A stretch of 28,537 nt of DNA from an uncultured Fibrobacterales bacterium (GCA_963934255.1 CAWVXU010000029.1:1-28537); one strand, 5' to 3'; positions 9,139-17,456 are shown, numbered from the stretch's first letter. Made by a program: numbers and translations. Notes: generated from the letters alone by a model not told the origin.

Positions 9139-9502
9139 ATCTATGTGTATCTTGAGGGCACGCCTTTTGGTAATACTAGACTTCAATTTCTACCTACTTG
9201 TGAACAACTGATCTTACTAACAAATTCACCATCACTCACTGCCCATCTGGTGTGAGAGTTTCTTTGGTATCTAGACCTAGAATAAAAACTTCAATGGGGT
9301 CATCTGAACAAAATCCGAGTCCAACCAAAGACCCTTAAACCCTGACAGGAAGAATCATTGGCAAATTTTTAATTTCAATTGAGATGCGCTTGCCTGGCGA
9401 TAACCATCGTATACTAGATAGGATACCCTGTATAATTGAATCACGATCATCTAAAACCTCACTCTTTTCATCCAAGTCAAACAAAAGACTCTTATGAAAC
9501 AT
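9139..9502 (-). pseudogene. Possible small ORF (9335-9502, 55 aa) or decayed gene remnant
   Basis: ATG 9502 gives MFHKSLLFDLDEKSEVLDDRDSIIQGILSSIRWLSPGKRISIEIKNLPMILPVRV*. The same frame continues protein-like past TAA 9335-9337 (GSLVGLGFCSDDPIEVFILGLDTKETLTPDGQ) to TGA 9236-9238 and further stops. No clear RBS and no recognised family. Confidence 0.25.
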
Positions 9503-9590
9503 TAGTTTGATTAAAAATTACTCTATTCAAGTCAATCAACTTAAATACAAAGTTGGTCGTGAAATTTTGAGGAAAAGAGAAAAGTGATTA

Positions 9591-9628
9591 AAAAAATAAG
9601 CACTTCTGAATAACAGAAATGCTTATTT
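9591..9628 (-). terminator. Rho-independent terminator downstream of hisG
   Basis: Minus strand AAATAAGCATTTCTG-TTATT-CAGAAGTGCTTATTT followed by more T. The single plus-strand mismatch is a G-U pair on the minus strand. Confidence 0.85.
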
Positions 9629-9660
9629 ATAATTGGATTTAATCAAGTGAACAAGCGAAT

Positions 9661-10503
9661 TTAGATCCGAGCACTCTCGATTCGAGTAATAATTGTTCCA
9701 CGACAACCTAAATCACACAACTCATCCATGATTTTGTTGGCGTCAGCCTTAAGAACCATTGCTTTAACAGACACCCATTGAGGGTCCTGCAGAGGAGAAA
9801 TGGTGGGCGATTCAATACCTGGCGTCAAAGTCGAAACTTGGTCAAGAAGGGTCTTAGGTGCGTCATATTCAACCATCACATATTTCATAGCAACAAGATG
9901 ACCTTCAATACGTTTCTTCAGTTTGAGTACTTCAGACGTTTCTTCTTTACCGGGATGTGCGATAATTGCAGCATTAGAATGATAAAGTGGTTCACCCAAA
10001 ATTTTCAGCCCGGCTTGTTTAAGAGTTGACCCAGTCTCAACAATATCAACAACGCAATCAGCCACACCAAGAGCAACTGAAATTTCCACAGCTCCCTCTA
10101 ATGGAATAATTGACATATCATTTCGTTTAAAATGAGAAGAAACGATACCACCAAAAGAAGTCGCAATACGCATATTTTGAATGTCTTTAAGCTCAGTAAT
10201 ATCCAGGTCTTTAGGCACTGCAGCACAAAGACGAGAATGACCATAATGAAGATCTAAAACAGGCACTGCAGCAGAACCTGACTCAGCGTTGAAATCAAGA
10301 CCCGTAATCCCCATATCAATAATCCCTTTACCGACATACATAGGGATATCCCCAGGGCGAAGAAAGAAAAATTCAATGCCGTTCTCAACATCAATACAAG
10401 AAAGTGACTTATAACTTTTTTTGGCTTTGTAGCCACAAGCCTTTAAAAGCTCGATGGTCGGCTCAAATAGACCGCCCTTATTTGGAAGTGCCATTTTAAT
10501 CAT
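9661..10503 (-). CDS. hisG: ATP phosphoribosyltransferase, long form
   Basis: ALPNKG, FLRPGDIP, DMGITG-D, RIAT, GAVE, DIVETGSTL, and C-terminal regulatory domain PGIESPTISPL. Confidence 0.96.
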   Translation of the reverse strand: MIKMALPNKGGLFEPTIELLKACGYKAKKSYKSLSCIDVENGIEFFFLRPGDIPMYVGKGIIDMGITGLDFNAESGSAAVPVLDLHYGHSRLCAAVPKDLDITELKDIQNMRIATSFGGIVSSHFKRNDMSIIPLEGAVEISVALGVADCVVDIVETGSTLKQAGLKILGEPLYHSNAAIIAHPGKEETSEVLKLKKRIEGHLVAMKYVMVEYDAPKTLLDQVSTLTPGIESPTISPLQDPQWVSVKAMVLKADANKIMDELCDLGCRGTIITRIESARI

Positions 10504-10760
10504 AATGTTTTATAAACCTCTTCTAAGGTGATCTCTTTTTCGGCCATCATACAAGCGACATAATAAAGAACTTGTGATAATTCCTCAGCACATTCTTCTT
10601 TAGATTCAAAGCGAGCAGCCATCCATGATTCTGACGCCTCTTCAGCTAATTTCTTGCCGATGCCGTGTGCACCTTTTTCAAAAAGAGCTGTAGTAGATTT
10701 GCCTTCAGGCATTTCTCTTTTTCGCTCATTAACGAGTTCTAAAATTTCTTCAAAAGTCAT
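10500..10760 (-). CDS. hisE: Phosphoribosyl-ATP pyrophosphatase (stand-alone HisE)
   Basis: 86 aa; ST--L---G---IGKKLAEEASE, EELSQVLYY, LEEVY. AGGAG RBS and ATGA overlap with hisG. Confidence 0.95.
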   Translation of the reverse strand: MTFEEILELVNERKREMPEGKSTTALFEKGAHGIGKKLAEEASESWMAARFESKEECAEELSQVLYYVACMMAEKEITLEEVYKTL

Positions 10761-10946
10761 TGGGGGTCTCCTGCTATTCAGAGATTTTTATATTTGCAAA
10801 TTTAATTAAAAGAGAGCAATCTCTCATATTTCAGGTGTTTTTCATGATATTTAAACCATTTCAGCAAAATTCTAAGCAAATTAAGCTGAGATTCCCTCCA
10901 AAAAACCAGAATTAAGCAAACTTCAAGTAAAACTTCAAATAAGCCT

Positions 10947-10973
10947 TAAGGTTTTAATTTCAAATTCCGAAGA
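10947..10973 (+). promoter_or_regulatory. Sigma28 (FliA)-like promoter
   Basis: TAAGGTTT (10947-10954)-N11-TCCGAAGA (10966-10973) against the consensus TAAAGTTT-N11-GCCGATAA; immediately followed by AGGAG RBS (10981-10985). Confidence 0.55.
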
Positions 10974-10993
10974 TAGTGGTAGGAGACCTTTTT

Positions 10994-11389
10994 ATGGACA
11001 TTTCATCTATTAATTTCGGCGGTGACAATTACAAAGCTGCTCGCACGATGAGTTTATCACAAAACCAAGGAATACTCAGCAGTATCCCTGAGGTAAAAAA
11101 TTCAGCTTTCTCGTTGGACTTTCTCAAGCAAGTTCAAGATTCAAAGCTAATTACAAGCCGAGTGATTGATTATTATGATTCTAAAGTCAGCTCCACTGTA
11201 AGTAATCTTGAGAAAAATGATGTTGATGTAACCGCATCAACATCTGATGTTGTTGGTTACAACTCTTCAGCTATAGATGACTATGCTCAAAAACCCGAAA
11301 ATTCTGAAGACATTAAGACTATAGTCGATGAAATTATCGCGCGTAATATGGAAGTGACATCTGGTACAATCCTAGACCTACAAGCTTAA
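10994..11389 (+). CDS. Hypothetical protein (131 aa), possibly flagellar/motility-associated
   Basis: ATG 10994 after AGGAG is preferred over GTG 10976. Begins MDISSIN, is Ser/Asp-rich and ends GTILDLQA. Confidence 0.7.
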   Translation: MDISSINFGGDNYKAARTMSLSQNQGILSSIPEVKNSAFSLDFLKQVQDSKLITSRVIDYYDSKVSSTVSNLEKNDVDVTASTSDVVGYNSSAIDDYAQKPENSEDIKTIVDEIIARNMEVTSGTILDLQA

Positions 11390-11444
11390 TCTACCAATAA
11401 TAAATTCTATATTCCTTTGTGAATAGAATGATAAGGTGGAATCC

Positions 11445-11762
11445 ATGGGTGTTGAAAACGAAAATCAAATTGATGGAGCAAGACTTCACCTAGAAGAGAA
11501 TCAAGTTGAGCTTCACTTGATGCACTCACTTCAGTGGAATGATCAGACATTAATTTTATTACAAAATAAAATAAATACTTATTTGAAATTTATTGAGAGT
11601 GAAGAAATCTATGAAGGTCGTGATTCATGGCGAGGCTTTGACACTGTAGTAATACTCAACACTCTGTACAAAATTAATATCGACGGACATGATTTCATCA
11701 ATGCATCTAAAAAAGTTTTTAAACAGGTGGGAGCTACGCTAGTTTTGAAGGAGCATACTTAA
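11445..11762 (+). CDS. DUF6572-like small protein
   Basis: M-VEN-N-ID...V-L...L-W...L-LLQNKINTYL-FIES-EIYE pattern; ATG 11445 follows AAGGTGGA. Confidence 0.7.
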   Translation: MGVENENQIDGARLHLEENQVELHLMHSLQWNDQTLILLQNKINTYLKFIESEEIYEGRDSWRGFDTVVILNTLYKINIDGHDFINASKKVFKQVGATLVLKEHT

Positions 11763-12634
11763 AAAAGATCAACCCTGTCACTAAATAACCATACTGGTTT
11801 TTTATCATGATAAATTCGTTGTTCATTTTTAATTTGGTAGTAACGATAAGACGATTTGTGATTAAGAAAACCGATGCCAATATTGTTGTGTTCAATCTTT
11901 GGCATATTAAAATACCAGCCCAATAGCCCGCATTCTAAATCTTCTTGAATATAACCCAAAGCCTTTTCTTTATTAAGTAAGTAGACCATCGAACGATCAT
12001 AGTCACTCAAAATAGTTTTGATTTCTGCCATGACATCATCTGATAGACTAATCAAAATGACTTTTAATCTAATAGCTTTGTTTTCACTTAACTGGCCCAA
12101 CAATTTCTTTAAGACATTTAATAGTTGAATTAAATGCCTAGAGTCTTCCTCTGTTTTGATTTCGACAAACCAAGTAGAGCTTAATGCATTTTGATTATCA
12201 AATTGATATTCTTTTTGTCTTTGTGTTTCAGATGCTATTAAATCATTCAAGGTGAGTATCTGCGGTGCAATAATCTTCAATTCAGCTAAAGGTGTTTTTG
12301 ATATTACATTGGATAAACCCCAAAGCCTTTGGAGATTGCTGTCATGATGGATAACAATCTCGCCATCAATAGTCATTCTAAGATCAAACTCGATATTTTG
12401 TGTCGTCTGCCATGCCAACTTAAATGCCTCTCCGGTATTTTCGATAATGGATGGATGTGTATTCACACCACGGTGGGCCACCAGAAATAAATCACCCGAT
12501 TGAGTATCTGATACTAGAGTTTTTGAACTTCTAATTCTTGTGTGAATAAATACTAGAGGTGCTACTATAATTGAATGAATTTTATTAAAAATTGACTGAC
12601 CATAAGTGAATATATATTTATCAAAAAAATTCAT
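11759..12634 (-). CDS. Glycerophosphodiester phosphodiesterase family protein
   Basis: VAHRG, ENT-EAF--A, IEFDLRMT-DG-IVIHHD-L-R and VEIK motifs; divergent C-terminal half. Confidence 0.85.
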   Translation of the reverse strand: MNFFDKYIFTYGQSIFNKIHSIIVAPLVFIHTRIRSSKTLVSDTQSGDLFLVAHRGVNTHPSIIENTGEAFKLAWQTTQNIEFDLRMTIDGEIVIHHDSNLQRLWGLSNVISKTPLAELKIIAPQILTLNDLIASETQRQKEYQFDNQNALSSTWFVEIKTEEDSRHLIQLLNVLKKLLGQLSENKAIRLKVILISLSDDVMAEIKTILSDYDRSMVYLLNKEKALGYIQEDLECGLLGWYFNMPKIEHNNIGIGFLNHKSSYRYYQIKNEQRIYHDKKPVWLFSDRVDLF

Positions 12635-13740
12635 TGAACATCCTTAAAATTTATCTGGCTTTCAAGCCATTTCAACATGAATTCTGTGTTAAACATGGCT
12701 TGATTATTTGACAACATAGGGAGTGTTTTAATTTTAGTTTCAAACTCGTCCGTCCAAAAATGACTATAAAATATTTGTTGCTTTAAATCTGGAATTCGGA
12801 CTTTGATTAATCCACCATCATGTGATGTTGGTGGTAGATTGACTTTTAATTTAAAAGCATGTAGGAGTTGAGTTCTTGCCCCAAGTTCAGTATAGTCAAC
12901 TTCATTTAGAGCAAGCCCACTTGATTGTTTCAAGTACTTATCCCCATTTTGTGAATAAATTTTATCTCCAATAATAGGGAATCCTTGGCCTGAGAGATGT
13001 GCTCGAATTTGGTGCTTACGACCGGTATGAATACGGACTGCAACAAGAGTTTGACTATGGTCTTTATTTACCCATATTGGAAGTATCTCGCTATGTGCAA
13101 CTTTGGCTTTTTCATAAAGTAGATCATCTTTGTCAATGCAGTGCATCTTTATTCTGATTTTAGATTCGGGTCGTTCTAAGAGCCTATCATAAATTTGGGT
13201 AATATCCGATCCGTAAATTTTTATCCAATCCCCCCATACCCACGCAAGGTAAATCTTCTCCCCCAAAATTCGATTTAGAGGGAATTTGAATTGACGACGA
13301 AGGTTCGCATGTTTCGCCATCATCACTAGACCACTTGTCTCTCGGTCTAAGCGGTGAAGTGGATATATTTCTTCTAAACCATAAGTGCGTCGGACCAGGT
13401 TAACTAATGTATTCCAAAAGATTCTACCACTTTTGTGTATGGGTAAATCTGCAGGTTTTGAAACAACTAAAAAATGTTCATTTTCCCATATTACTTCAAA
13501 GCTTTGAGGGAAGTCACCCTCGTCATGATTTTTTAAAAAATAAACAACTTCATCATCAACTTTAATCTGAGTTTGGGGGTCTGCTTTATCACCGTTAAGT
13601 AGAACTTTACCTGATTCAATATGCGCAAGCCACTCCGCCTCTTGTAGATAAGGAAACCTTTGACATAACCAAACAATAAAAGCCCCTGGAGAGTCCTGAG
13701 GCTTTACAATAGTTTTAAGTTCTGTAGAAATTGCTGACAT
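12631..13740 (-). CDS. RluA-family pseudouridine synthase with S4-like N-terminus
   Basis: VVSKPADLPIH, catalytic HRLDRETSG, TGRKHQIRAHL---GFPIIGD--Y and LHA motifs. Confidence 0.93.
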   Translation of the reverse strand: MSAISTELKTIVKPQDSPGAFIVWLCQRFPYLQEAEWLAHIESGKVLLNGDKADPQTQIKVDDEVVYFLKNHDEGDFPQSFEVIWENEHFLVVSKPADLPIHKSGRIFWNTLVNLVRRTYGLEEIYPLHRLDRETSGLVMMAKHANLRRQFKFPLNRILGEKIYLAWVWGDWIKIYGSDITQIYDRLLERPESKIRIKMHCIDKDDLLYEKAKVAHSEILPIWVNKDHSQTLVAVRIHTGRKHQIRAHLSGQGFPIIGDKIYSQNGDKYLKQSSGLALNEVDYTELGARTQLLHAFKLKVNLPPTSHDGGLIKVRIPDLKQQIFYSHFWTDEFETKIKTLPMLSNNQAMFNTEFMLKWLESQINFKDVQ

Positions 13741-13785
13741 AAATTTTTATTTCTTAAGTAATACTGAGTATTAGTTCAAGGAAAG

Positions 13786-14319
13786 TTAGCCACCTAAAAG
13801 TAATTTAATCTCTGCTTTAAGATATTCAATTTGCTCACCAACATGGTCATAACGAATATATGTCCCATCAGGCTTGATAAGTACAGTAAGAGGAACATGG
13901 CCTACACCATATTTGTCTGAAAATTGGCGACTGACATCTTGTGCAAATGGAAGTTTTGCTTTCAGCTCTTTGGAAAATTTCAAAACATCAATTCGCGAAT
14001 TGTTGTTAATAGCCACAGCAATTGTTTTAAGACCAAGGTCTTTAAATTGATCAGATACTTTGGCAATCAATGGGTAAGAGCTTTTACAGTGCGGACATAG
14101 TGCTGAGAAATAATACACAAGAGTAGGCTGATCTTGATAAACCCTAAAATCAGATACGCTAGCTGTAATTCCTTTCAGCGGAATTGAATAATCAAAATAG
14201 AGCTTAGCACCTGCAGTATTTGATTCTTCTTGGGGCGGAGGAGTTTCAGTTAGAAATTGAGCGGGTAAGAGTTGCACTGACACAATAAGTGCGGCAAAAA
14301 TAAAACTAATCTTAGACAT
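13786..14319 (-). CDS. Exported TlpA/ResA-like thioredoxin-fold protein
   Basis: Signal peptide, YYFSALCPHC (CxxC), YGV--VP-TVLI-PDG cis-Pro loop. Confidence 0.88.
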   Translation of the reverse strand: MSKISFIFAALIVSVQLLPAQFLTETPPPQEESNTAGAKLYFDYSIPLKGITASVSDFRVYQDQPTLVYYFSALCPHCKSSYPLIAKVSDQFKDLGLKTIAVAINNNSRIDVLKFSKELKAKLPFAQDVSRQFSDKYGVGHVPLTVLIKPDGTYIRYDHVGEQIEYLKAEIKLLLGG

Positions 14320-14353
14320 GACTTTTCCTTAAGCAGGGGTTTGTAACAAAATA

Positions 14354-15751
14354 CTAAGGTTTATGGGTTGAGGAAAGGGCTTTTAAGGATCTTGAATAAA
14401 GACTGCTCACTTCCCACTCTGCTCCGTTGTAATATTGTAGCCAAGCTGATTCAAAATCATGTTCATCCATCGCTGTGGAAAGCATGTTTTTGAAGTTTTC
14501 TTCACCTTTTTCATTGATAATCAATTCAAACATTTTTAGTGAGAGCAGATACATATCTCTGACTTTAGTAGGGTCGGATTGACTTGCAAATTTTTCTCTC
14601 ATTTCATCAAAACTAGGTGGTTTTTGCGTAAAATGTCCGCTTTTTACTCGCTTTTCTTCATAATACTGGGCAAAACCCTCATGAAACCAAATCGGTACAC
14701 TTGGTCCAATTGACTTATCTAACAATGCATGAATGAGCTCGTGTTTGAGTAAAGCTTCTGGCTTTTGAGTCTTTAAAGATTGCAAGGGTACTCTCAACTT
14801 CCCATCGTAACTTGCCGCAATCCAGGATATATTAGCACTACGTCCTGAATATTTATTTCCTTCGTAAACGAGGATTTCAATGGGACTATCAAGAGTAAAA
14901 CCATATTGACTTGAAATGTTCAACCAAAGCTCATCTGTTTTCTTCAAAAAATCCGATGGATTTTCAAATTTTGCCTCACTATGGAGGGTAAAGTATTGCG
15001 AATAAAGGACTGATAAGTTCTCATTAATACTTTCCTCCTCTTCGGCTTTTTCAATTTGATATTGTAATATGTTGCCAGCTTTGAGCTCTTTTTCTCCTAT
15101 AGCCTGAAATTGCATAACCCAATGCTCAGCTTCCTCCCAATTACCCGCTTGCGTTTCTAATTGCCCTAACCAATAATAGGCAAATCCACTTTGCTTGTTT
15201 TTGGCAATAATTTCAGTCAAGATATCGCGTGCCTCATCTATTTGCTTTTCCAAAAATAACTCTCGCCCAATAATTTGATTTGCTACTAGTAAACCTGGTT
15301 GCTGAGATTGAAGCCACCTCGCAATATGTTTTCCTCGTCCTGGACCAAACAAAAGCTTTAGTTCCTTTTGTTCAGAAAAGCTCACTTGAGTAGTCGCTAA
15401 ATTATGAGCAGCCCAGCTCACACAATCCAAATGGTGAGAGAATTTAATCGGACAAAGGACTTGAAGTAAATTTGCTAATTCTTTTTCTTCTTTTGAAAAT
15501 AATTTTGTGCTAAAAGAATTAGTTAAACTGACTTGTATTGCTAATTGCTGATGACCGTTTGATTCATTTTCTCTCAGATTGTTTTTAAATATCTCAACAA
15601 GTGTTGTAAGTTTTTTTTCTAATTGCGATTGTACTTTTGGCCATTGACTAGGCTTGACCTTTTCCTGATTCTTTTGGCAGGATACTAAAAATAAAGCCGA
15701 CCCCAAAATAAGAGTCAGCAGAGTAAGAATAAAATGAGGTGGTTTATTCAA
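14354..15751 (-). CDS. Lipoprotein with TPR segment and clan MA (gluzincin-like) metallopeptidase domain
   Basis: Likely TTG start at 15751 (GAGG upstream, overlapping the previous stop). Lipobox ALFLVSC, TPR-like AYYWLGQLETQAGNWEEAE, HELIH zinc motif and PIWFHEGFAQY third ligand. Confidence 0.8.
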   Translation of the reverse strand: MNKPPHFILTLLTLILGSALFLVSCQKNQEKVKPSQWPKVQSQLEKKLTTLVEIFKNNLRENESNGHQQLAIQVSLTNSFSTKLFSKEEKELANLLQVLCPIKFSHHLDCVSWAAHNLATTQVSFSEQKELKLLFGPGRGKHIARWLQSQQPGLLVANQIIGRELFLEKQIDEARDILTEIIAKNKQSGFAYYWLGQLETQAGNWEEAEHWVMQFQAIGEKELKAGNILQYQIEKAEEEESINENLSVLYSQYFTLHSEAKFENPSDFLKKTDELWLNISSQYGFTLDSPIEILVYEGNKYSGRSANISWIAASYDGKLRVPLQSLKTQKPEALLKHELIHALLDKSIGPSVPIWFHEGFAQYYEEKRVKSGHFTQKPPSFDEMREKFASQSDPTKVRDMYLLSLKMFELIINEKGEENFKNMLSTAMDEHDFESAWLQYYNGAEWEVSSLYSRSLKALSSTHKP

Positions 15752-16523
15752 CCATGCCCGCCTCATCAATACGGCGAAGGGCGTCAAGTAAAATACCCAT
15801 CGTATCTCCTTCAATATTGATCTCTTCTATTGGCTCAGTATGTTCATAAGAAAAGTTACCCTCTTCCCATGTCATGATATCATCAAGTACTAATTCGCCT
15901 TCAGCATGAGTCGATTTGGCGTAAATCATCTTGCCTTTATTAAATCCCACTACCGCCTGAACCCCTGCATTATCTAGACTCACTAATCCCGTCTTCATTG
16001 AGTTCCCAAACGATTGGGCAATATCCATAAATGATTGAGTTGATAGACTGCCTTGAACACCTGGTTTGAGTAGATTATCTAAAGATTTGGTCCGACGATC
16101 AATTGCATCAGCCATCGCTCTATACATCACCACAAGTACTCCAGGACGCTCAATAACAAATTCTAAAAAGGTGTCTTTGTTCATCACTAACATGGTTGAA
16201 AAAGCAGAAGAAACAAATGTGCGACTCGTTGGAATCCCAGATAAAATACTAGCTTCACCAAAACATGAACCTTTGGGCAGAACAGTTTCTTCAAGGTATT
16301 TCCCTTCATGCTTCTTACCACATTCTTTAACTTCTCCAACTTGCAGAATAAAGAAATCTTCAGACACAGCGCCACGCCTCATAATGACATCACCTTCGTC
16401 ATATTCACGAATCTGCGCCTTTTGGATGAGAAGGTTTTGTACATCTCTTGGAATCTGCTCTAAGAAAGGTAGGGTCGAATTATAAGGCTTCTGAATCCAT
16501 GAGTCTAACTTTTTATCAATCAT
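15744..16523 (-). CDS. Cyclic nucleotide-binding domain + DUF4388 (PatA-N-like) protein
   Basis: cNMP fold (G-VIMR-G, FFILQVGEV, G--FGE--IL) followed by the DUF4388 pattern GSLS--SF-DI-Q......KTG...G...YA...G...W-EG-F...LL-ALRRIDE. Confidence 0.85.
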   Translation of the reverse strand: MIDKKLDSWIQKPYNSTLPFLEQIPRDVQNLLIQKAQIREYDEGDVIMRRGAVSEDFFILQVGEVKECGKKHEGKYLEETVLPKGSCFGEASILSGIPTSRTFVSSAFSTMLVMNKDTFLEFVIERPGVLVVMYRAMADAIDRRTKSLDNLLKPGVQGSLSTQSFMDIAQSFGNSMKTGLVSLDNAGVQAVVGFNKGKMIYAKSTHAEGELVLDDIMTWEEGNFSYEHTEPIEEINIEGDTMGILLDALRRIDEAGMVE

Positions 16524-16598
16524 CTAAGCAACCTGTTCAATTTTCTTAATTTTTAATATAAATTAATACTTAAACTTTGAAGGAAAAAGACTCAACTG

Positions 16599-17456
16599 AT
16601 GGTGGATTACTTTGGAATTTTGGAACAAAGCCCAGAAGCTACTGACAGTGAACTCAGAAAAGCTTGGATTCAGAAATGTCGTGAGTACCACCCTGACAAG
16701 GTTCAACATCTAGGTACTGAGCTAAAAACCTTAGCAGCTGCTAAAACATTACTTTTAAATGAAGCATATCAAGCCTTACTTGATCCTCAAAGTAAGATGC
16801 AGCACTTACATCAACTTCTAAGAGCGCCACAAGAAACCAATGGCCAGCATAGACAATATCGTCGTAAGAGTGATATGCCTAGCTTGAGTCTTACCGCTTA
16901 CCTTGAAGCACCATTATATTTTCTCGAACTTATGCGCACGATTACCCCTGTTCGCGAGCTCCCCTCCTCACTTTATTTCAACCTTGACCAGTTAAACTTT
17001 ACTTTAATGCCAAGCTTTGAAGATTCTTGGGTTTTGTTTACAAGATTCCCACAATCATTTAATGAGATTAAATCACTACGACCGGGATGGACACATCAAT
17101 GGAATTCTAGCTTAAGCGCTGGATTATCATACCTACCTGGTCAAAATCTTTACGAGCGAACGTCTGCTTTGAATCAACTACTCGCTTTCTTTCCAAGAAA
17201 TATTATTGATTTATATCTCAATCCAGGTGAGCGCCGAGGTCCTGTCTATGAACCTAATACGATCCTGCTCAGCTGTTTAATTGATTGCTCGATCCCAAGT
17301 GCACAATCATATTGGCGATCTCTATCTATGAATCTCATGTCTAATGAAAATGAATTTCAGATGAAGAATGATTGGAAAGCCCGCTTGAACCAATTGTTAC
17401 CTCAATTGTTTGCTCAGATCAGGAGTCGTTCTCCTGAGCGTGAAGCTAGTGCGTAA
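16599..17456 (+). CDS. J-domain (class C DnaJ) protein with unknown C-terminal domain
   Basis: DYFGIL...AT-SEL-KAW...YHPDKVQHLG-E...LNEAY--L-DP, a DjlA-like J-domain placed at the N-terminus. Confidence 0.85.
   Translation: MVDYFGILEQSPEATDSELRKAWIQKCREYHPDKVQHLGTELKTLAAAKTLLLNEAYQALLDPQSKMQHLHQLLRAPQETNGQHRQYRRKSDMPSLSLTAYLEAPLYFLELMRTITPVRELPSSLYFNLDQLNFTLMPSFEDSWVLFTRFPQSFNEIKSLRPGWTHQWNSSLSAGLSYLPGQNLYERTSALNQLLAFFPRNIIDLYLNPGERRGPVYEPNTILLSCLIDCSIPSAQSYWRSLSMNLMSNENEFQMKNDWKARLNQLLPQLFAQIRSRSPEREASA

Noticed and set aside
9139..9502. Stop-codon reassignment or readthrough explaining the interrupted frame
   Set aside because: TAA, TGA and TAG all interrupt it, and all three serve as normal stops in neighbouring genes.
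9004..10436. Track ORFs 9004-9186, 9778-10029 and 10254-10436
   Set aside because: They overlap the beta-helix gene or hisG in antisense or alternative frames and have no recognisable features.
10761..10975. Histidine attenuator leader upstream of hisE
   Set aside because: No run of His codons or leader terminator seen on the minus strand.
15752..15814. N-terminal extension of the 486 aa peptidase ORF
   Set aside because: It overlaps the DUF4388 gene; TTG 15751 gives a proper lipoprotein signal peptide and has an RBS.
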